Position numbers and translations under genes: made by a program. A DNA stretch of 64,000 bases from sequence record OR770614.1, one strand, 5' to 3'. Positions 59,157 through 64,000 of the stretch are shown in pieces (the stretch's first letter is position 1; each line of letters begins with the position of its first letter). This DNA comes from Staphylococcus phage vB_StaM_PB50. The notes under the pieces are model-generated. The model was given only the letters and a program-made list of their open reading frames with translations. It was not told the DNA's origin and searched no databases.

Positions 59157-59834
59157 TCATCTAAATCCTTCTTTAACTAAATAATTCTTGAATTCTTTAT
59201 CAGTAGCAACTCTAAATAAGTTTTCATTGTGTAAATTGATATCTTTTAAACTATAATATTTTCCATCAATTAAAAACTGTATATCTTCATATTTATTTAA
59301 TTCAGTTATTATTTTTAAAAATTCTTTTTTAAACTTTTCAATTGATAAGTGAAATTTAGGACACCTTTTACCATCAAAATCTGATAAGCTTACTAATTCT
59401 TTTGTTTTAACCTTAAGTGTATTCTTTTTGTTATTCATACCTAAATTTTTTCTTTTCATCATATTAAATTCATATAGTATTTCATCTTCTAAATAACTAT
59501 TATCTTTCTCTTTAGATATAATTTTTAATTCAGTAGAAGTAAATGATAAACCGGCAAAATTAGTTGTATGGTCATTCATATTCTGATAATAACTTATTTT
59601 AATATCTTTATAATCATTAAAACCTCTTAGTTTTAATTTACAATCAATTTTAAATGATATTATATTTTCAAAATCAGGATTAGCATTATTCGTTAATAAT
59701 CTCATCATGTTAACAACATTTACTTTCTCAATATATTCTCTATCATTATTATATTTATCTTTATCTATTCTCGTAAAATAATTATTTTCTATATCTTTGG
59801 TCGCTTTATATAGATCAAAATCATAATTTTCCAT
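59157..59834 (-). CDS. tandem paralog family member 9
   Basis: C-terminal RVATDKEFKNYLVKEGFR. Confidence 0.55.
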   Translation of the reverse strand: MENYDFDLYKATKDIENNYFTRIDKDKYNNDREYIEKVNVVNMMRLLTNNANPDFENIISFKIDCKLKLRGFNDYKDIKISYYQNMNDHTTNFAGLSFTSTELKIISKEKDNSYLEDEILYEFNMMKRKNLGMNNKKNTLKVKTKELVSLSDFDGKRCPKFHLSIEKFKKEFLKIITELNKYEDIQFLIDGKYYSLKDINLHNENLFRVATDKEFKNYLVKEGFR

Positions 59835-59836
59835 TA

Positions 59837-60022
59837 TTATTCTTCTCCTTTTAAGATTCTTTCCATTTCTTCTTTAGAAACTTTCTCTCCTATAATTGGA
59901 CCTTTTATTTTTTTCTTGTCTTTATTTTTCTCTCTGTATAATTCTGCATCAATTTCCCATTTTTCTTGTAAAGTCAATTGTTTACTTTCATTTTTTCTAA
60001 TTTCTTTTCTCATATTTATCAA
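59837..60022 (-). CDS. small K/E-rich hypothetical protein
   Basis: 61-aa ORF. Confidence 0.35.
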   Translation of the reverse strand: MINMRKEIRKNESKQLTLQEKWEIDAELYREKNKDKKKIKGPIIGEKVSKEEMERILKGEE

Positions 60023-60027
60023 TCCCC

Positions 60028-60519
60028 TTATCTAAAATGATTTCTAATTTTAAAATCTTTTACTTCTTTACAATCTTCTGAGATTATTTCAAATATATCT
60101 TCATTATCAAAATTGAATTTTTCTAATGGAATATTATAATGTGCCATATTTATATCTATCGCATAACATAATCTTTTATAAAATAAATAATAAAGATCAA
60201 TTGAAGAGTCTGATATGACAAGATTTTGGTTTGTTAAATCTATATTTTTAGGTATAAAAGGAATACTATTAAGATCCCAAGAAATGTTTGTAGTTAAATG
60301 AAGATTAATAAAACCGTAAAGTAAGAAAAACTCCAATTTTATAATTCCTACGTCTTCATCATATAAATCAATCTTTTTACCATAAGATCTATAAAAAGAC
60401 GAATTCTCTTTTTTAAATTTATTTCCAAATACATAATAAAATGCATCATCTTTTCTATGAATATCATTAACTTCATATATTTCGCCATTTACTTTATTTT
60501 CGTAATATATCATATCCAC
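60028..60519 (-). CDS. tandem paralog family member 10 (near-duplicate of 61247..61729)
   Basis: MIYYENKVNGEIYEVNDIHRKDDAFYYVFGNKFKK; C-terminal EDCKEVKDFKIRNHFR. Confidence 0.6.
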   Translation of the reverse strand: MDMIYYENKVNGEIYEVNDIHRKDDAFYYVFGNKFKKENSSFYRSYGKKIDLYDEDVGIIKLEFFLLYGFINLHLTTNISWDLNSIPFIPKNIDLTNQNLVISDSSIDLYYLFYKRLCYAIDINMAHYNIPLEKFNFDNEDIFEIISEDCKEVKDFKIRNHFR

Positions 60520-60529
60520 TTACACTTCC

Positions 60530-61231
60530 TTATTTAAATTCTTCTTTAATTAAGTAATTTTTAATTTCTTCCTCATCAGTAATTTCTTCAGCAATAAATT
60601 CCAAATTCCATCTTAGATAATCCATAAAATACATATACGAATTGTCGATCTTAATTCTAAGGTCCTTTAATATATAATATATCAATTCATCTAGAGAATC
60701 ATAAACGTCATTATTCTTATCAGACAAATAATCTTGTTTGAAACTAACTTTAAAATGTACTTCATTTTTATCCATTGTACAAGAAGATATTTTATATTTA
60801 TCACTTTTATATTTATCTAGCATACGAATTATTTTCTTAGCCTTTTTTGTATTTAAAACAATTTGAAATATATTTTCATAAATTCCATCATTATCTGTAT
60901 TAGAATCAGAGAAACAAACAATTGAAGATGAAATATTTCTTTCTTTATTTTCATTACTCTTAATTATTATATCTTCGTCTACTCCAATTAAATTTTTAAA
61001 ATTTATAATAATATCTGAATGTGTATAAAAATGAAAATTCAGTTGTTTATTAATTAAATAAGAGTTTCCATTGGTTGTAACGGGTTGGTCTTCATAATTA
61101 TAATATGGGTAAAAATTACTTTTTATCTGTTTCATGACTTTATAAAGAAATCTACCATTATTAATTTCATCTTTAGATAAAATAAATTTATTACCATTTT
61201 CTAGATTTTTATACAATTTAATATTTTCCAT
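60530..61231 (-). CDS. tandem paralog family member 11
   Basis: C-terminal IAEEITDEEEIKNYLIKEEFK. Confidence 0.6.
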   Translation of the reverse strand: MENIKLYKNLENGNKFILSKDEINNGRFLYKVMKQIKSNFYPYYNYEDQPVTTNGNSYLINKQLNFHFYTHSDIIINFKNLIGVDEDIIIKSNENKERNISSSIVCFSDSNTDNDGIYENIFQIVLNTKKAKKIIRMLDKYKSDKYKISSCTMDKNEVHFKVSFKQDYLSDKNNDVYDSLDELIYYILKDLRIKIDNSYMYFMDYLRWNLEFIAEEITDEEEIKNYLIKEEFK

Positions 61232-61246
61232 TTAAAATTTCTCCTT

Positions 61247-61729
61247 TTATTTAAAAAGATTTCTAATTTTAAAATCTTTTACTTCTTTACAATCTTCTGA
61301 TAATATTTTAAATATGTCTTCATTATCAAAATTAAATTCTTTTAATAATATATTATAATTTAATAAAGGTATATCTATTGCATTACACATTCTTTTATAT
61401 AATATATAGTAAAGATCTTCTGAAGAATCAGATGAGACAAGATTTTGATTCTTTAAATCTACTAATTTAGGTGCAAAAGGATTATTATTATCATATTTCA
61501 TATGTGTAACTAAAAATAATCTAGATGAGTCATAATTTAATTGGAAGTTTAATTCTTTATGTCCTTTATCTTTATCAAATAAATCAATTTTTTTACCCAC
61601 TGATTCATATAATTCCATTCTTTCTTTTTTAAATTCATTACCAAACACATAACAAAAAGCATCATCTTTTCTATGAATATCATTAACTTCGTATATTTCA
61701 CCATTTACTTTATTTTTGTAATATATCAT
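61247..61729 (-). CDS. tandem paralog family member 12 (near-duplicate of 60028..60519)
   Basis: MIYYKNKVNGEIYEVNDIHRKDDAFCYVFGNEFKK; C-terminal EDCKEVKDFKIRNLFK. Confidence 0.6.
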   Translation of the reverse strand: MIYYKNKVNGEIYEVNDIHRKDDAFCYVFGNEFKKERMELYESVGKKIDLFDKDKGHKELNFQLNYDSSRLFLVTHMKYDNNNPFAPKLVDLKNQNLVSSDSSEDLYYILYKRMCNAIDIPLLNYNILLKEFNFDNEDIFKILSEDCKEVKDFKIRNLFK

Positions 61730-61746
61730 TATCTATTTCAACTCCA

Positions 61747-62367
61747 TTATTTAAAATTTTCTTTAATTAAATATTTCTTAATCTTATCAATATCTTTTTC
61801 TTCATTATTTTCTAATTCATTTATATTCCTACCATTTAATAACAAATCATAACCTTTATCATTAAATTTTCTTTCTAAATCGTATAAGTATCTAATTACA
61901 ATATCAGAATATTTTAAATGAAAATCATTTTTATCATAATTAAAAATAGAAATTGTTACATTATTGATTTCTTTATCATCTACTATTAAATTTATATAAT
62001 CAACATCTGATATAAGTTTTTTATATCTATCACTTTCTATTTGTTTTTCTTCATTATCATAAAACAATCTTATGCCACTTGTATATTCATTTAACTCATT
62101 TTCTTGTTTTTCAGAAAAAATATCTATTGACAAACTAAATTGAAATTTTATATTTTCACATATCAATTCAAGATTATCAAGAGAAATATTTATATCTAAT
62201 CTCTCTAGACCTAAATTTAGAAAATTATCTTCCTTGATACGATCTACATCAATATGCAACATTCCTATCAAGTCTGTAATATTTCCTTTAATTTTATCTT
62301 TATAGATTTGCATTAATCTATCATCCATTTTAAAATACCTATAATCATTAATATTCAAAATAATCAC
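61747..62367 (-). CDS. tandem paralog family member 13
   Basis: C-terminal EKDIDKIKKYLIKENFK. Confidence 0.55.
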   Translation of the reverse strand: MIILNINDYRYFKMDDRLMQIYKDKIKGNITDLIGMLHIDVDRIKEDNFLNLGLERLDINISLDNLELICENIKFQFSLSIDIFSEKQENELNEYTSGIRLFYDNEEKQIESDRYKKLISDVDYINLIVDDKEINNVTISIFNYDKNDFHLKYSDIVIRYLYDLERKFNDKGYDLLLNGRNINELENNEEKDIDKIKKYLIKENFK

Positions 62368-62442
62368 TTCTCCTTTTATATTTTAATACACTTCTATTTT
62401 ATAATATATATTTAAATAAGTATTTTGTATAAGAGCAATATA

Positions 62443-62475
62443 ATAAGAGTAACGATCTATATTAGACCGTTACTC
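62443..62475 (-). terminator. terminator hairpin AGAGTAACG-loop-CGTTACTCT after the beta-prime N gene
   Basis: 9-bp inverted repeat directly after the mini-exon stop. Confidence 0.55.
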
Positions 62476-62485
62476 TGAATTTTTA

Positions 62486-62521
62486 AATTATTCTTTAGTT
62501 AAAGAATATAAAGCTTGTACC
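62486..62521 (-). CDS. RNAP beta-prime N-type gene, terminal mini-exon (MVQALYSLTKE)
   Basis: VQALYSLTKE aligns to beta-prime DVVLGLYYMTR, which directly follows the block ending the previous exon (..PSQ); 11 codons then stop. Confidence 0.5.
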
Positions 62522-62644
62522 ATATATTTATGATAATTAGACTATATCTTATGATATTTAAATCATTTTCATATTTAGTCGTTGAACAACTTTTATTAAG
62601 TTGATGCTGATTAATTTTGTTTTTCCAGCAATTAATGAAATTTA
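62522..62644 (-). mobile_element. intron-like element (core family) in the beta-prime N gene, copy C
   Basis: Core TTAATTGCTGGAAAAAC..TTAATCAGCATCAAC..GTTGTTCAACGACTAAATA..GATATAGTCTAAT between ..FVCSQ and (M)VQALYSLTKE. Confidence 0.55.
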
Positions 62645-62778
62645 TTGAGAGCATACAAACTTACTCTCATTACCAACTCCACGTATACTATTTCCTGTGT
62701 AGTTTAAGTAATTAGTTTTCTTATTAATAAGTTTATCAGCTTCTTTATTTGCTTCTACAGACCATAAAGAGCGTATTG
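62645..62778 (-). CDS. RNAP beta-prime N-type gene, exon (DMISIRSLWSVEANKEADKLINKKTNYLNYTGNSIRGVGNESKFVCSQ)
   Basis: Aligns with beta-prime [41 protein letters not shown], immediately after the NADFDGD motif. Confidence 0.6.
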
Positions 62779-62937
62779 AAATCATATCCATTTTATATAC
62801 ATGTATTTACATATAATTAGACTATATCTTCTTTAGTAATATATTTAGTCGTTGAACAACTTTTATTAAGTTGATGCTGATTATCTTATAGATTTTCCAG
62901 CAATTAATATTATTTAATGATGGTAATATAAAATTTT
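62779..62937 (-). mobile_element. intron-like element (core family) in the beta-prime N gene, copy B, inserted within the catalytic NADFDGD motif
   Basis: Upstream exon ends ..YAQALGADFDG; the next exon begins D-MISIRS. The element ends ..AAAATG immediately before GATATGATT. Confidence 0.55.
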
Positions 62938-63129
62938 GCCATCAAAATCTGCACCAAGTGCTTGAGCATATGAATTGTGTATGATTGCAGTATCTAAGAA
63001 AATATCTTCATCAACAGGATACTCTCTTACTACTTTAGGGTAATCTTTTAATACTATATCATCTAAAATTATTTCTGGAATAGTATCAACAGTAGTTAAT
63101 ATTTTAATTTTAGCAGGTGCTACGTTCAA
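62938..63129 (-). CDS. RNAP beta-prime N-type gene, exon ending in ADFDG (catalytic loop)
   Basis: HNSYAQALGADFDG matches the HPLVCAAYNADFDGD context. The listed ORF uses a TTG start and runs on into the element (KILYYHH stop). Confidence 0.55.
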
Positions 63130-63300
63130 GAAATTTTCGCATTTATTATATTTATATAAGTATTATATAAATTAGACTATATTATATACTATTAAATAGT
63201 ATCATTGCATTTAGTCGTTGAACAATTATATTTAATTGATGCTGATTAACTTTATTAATAGTATTTCAGCAATTAACAATATTTATCAACTTAAATCACT
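63130..63300 (-). mobile_element. intron-like element (core family) in the beta-prime N gene, copy A
   Basis: Core TTAATTGCTGAAATAC..TTAATCAGCATCAAT..TTGTTCAACGACTAAATG..AATATAGTCTAAT between SRYPINKMVAA (NRAPTLHRLGI) and the next exon. Confidence 0.55.
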
Positions 63301-64000
63301 TTAAGCAGCGACCATTTTATTAATCGGATATCTTGAATACATAACATGCTTATCTTCTACTATTTCGGTTGCAGCAATATAAAGTAAATCAATTACAGTA
63401 AAATCTCTACCCAAAGTTTTTTCAAATAATTTAACTTTATGGCGTTTACCTTCTCTATCATTTACATATATAGGACTAAATCTTTCATTAGGATCTTTAA
63501 TAAAGAATTCTAGCATATTCTTAATAGATTTATCATCGAATTGTTCATATACTTCTTCTAATGATAATTCTTTCTCATCATTTCCAGTAGCTGTTTGGAA
63601 AGCATCTTTATGAAGTTCAATAAAATCAATTATATACTTATTAAAGAATGGTAAGAATAATGTAACTAACTGAGTTAATGGTACACCTAACTCACCAAAC
63701 TCAATTTGCATTTCATCCCATTTATTCGAATTAATTTTAGGTGAAGAAATAACAGCACGAGTACTATTATCTACCGTTTTACCCAATATACGTTTTTGCA
63801 TAAAACCAGTTTTACCTGATAATTCTCCTGAAGTAAATTTCTGATATATTTCAAATAATGTATTTTGTATATTATATTTAGTACTGTTAGCAATAAAACC
63901 AAAAGAATTAAAACTAATGGCATCTACAGAACGTATAATAGAAGAATACATATTATTAACTTCTTCAGTATCTTGAATTTCTCCTGAAGTTTCATTAGGA
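63301..64000 (-). CDS. RNAP beta-prime N-type gene, proximal exon (partial; continues beyond the window end)
   Basis: GFMQKRILGKTVDNSTRAVISSPK matches beta-prime NLLGKRVDYSGRSVIVVGP; YSRYPINKMV matches LNRAPTLHRL; the frame is open upstream to position 64000. Confidence 0.7.
   Translation of the reverse strand, partial: PNETSGEIQDTEEVNNMYSSIIRSVDAISFNSFGFIANSTKYNIQNTLFEIYQKFTSGELSGKTGFMQKRILGKTVDNSTRAVISSPKINSNKWDEMQIEFGELGVPLTQLVTLFLPFFNKYIIDFIELHKDAFQTATGNDEKELSLEEVYEQFDDKSIKNMLEFFIKDPNERFSPIYVNDREGKRHKVKLFEKTLGRDFTVIDLLYIAATEIVEDKHVMYSRYPINKMVAA

Noticed and set aside
51228-62367. Regularly spaced DNA repeats (ttatttaaaattttt...ctaaatatttttt) that could be mistaken for a CRISPR array or minisatellite
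   Set aside because: They are the conserved C-terminal coding ends of tandem paralogous protein genes spaced 500-860 bp apart, not 28-37 bp repeats with short spacers.
14075-63300. Inteins as an explanation for the interrupted RNAP and polymerase genes
   Set aside because: The intervening segments are 120-175 nt, contain stop codons in all frames and have no intein blocks. The flanking coding sequence changes frame across them.
1-64000. Integrase, transposase or prophage att sites
   Set aside because: No recombinase-like ORF or flanking direct repeats seen. The only mobile-type genes are the HNH endonuclease and the DUF559-like nuclease.

Overview
AT-rich (~27% GC) window that looks like a segment of a large lytic myovirus infecting Staphylococcus. 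The two lysins (Amidase_2 and CHAP) each carry a staphylococcal-type SH3b (SH3_5) wall-binding domain. The gene content resembles jumbo phages of the AR9/PBS1/phiKZ type: I can recognise split multisubunit RNA-polymerase genes, including pieces of a beta subunit, an N-terminal beta-prime gene, and two different beta-prime C-terminal-type genes. There is also a family B DNA polymerase fragment, dCMP deaminase, RNase HI, an SF2 helicase, an SbcC/Rad50-like ATPase, tail-fibre-like proteins (collagen-like, LamG-like, Big_2) and three tRNA or tRNA-like genes on the minus strand. Three things stand out. (1) At least seven copies of one family of short (about 120-175 nt) intervening elements, with a conserved core and following the orientation of the host gene, interrupt RNAP beta, RNAP beta-prime and DNA polymerase exactly inside universally conserved catalytic motifs. 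One copy carries an HNH homing endonuclease. One 11-codon mini-exon is flanked by two copies, so RNA-level removal seems necessary, yet the elements are far smaller than any known self-splicing intron. (2) Two of the three tRNA genes are non-canonical: a tRNA-Lys-like gene has a 31-nt insert at the canonical intron position of the anticodon loop, and another tRNA-like gene has a 4-nt anticodon loop. (3) A tandem array of 13 divergent paralogous genes shares a conserved C-terminal 20-residue tail and sits next to an orphan SbcC-like ATPase and a small HTH regulator. Further points are a protein with an internal Firmicutes SSB C-terminal tip motif (ISDDDLPF) preceded by Q/N/FG-rich low complexity, two lysin genes each with its own duplicated SH3b, a conserved terminator-hairpin family, and a DNA polymerase that ends shortly after motif A.
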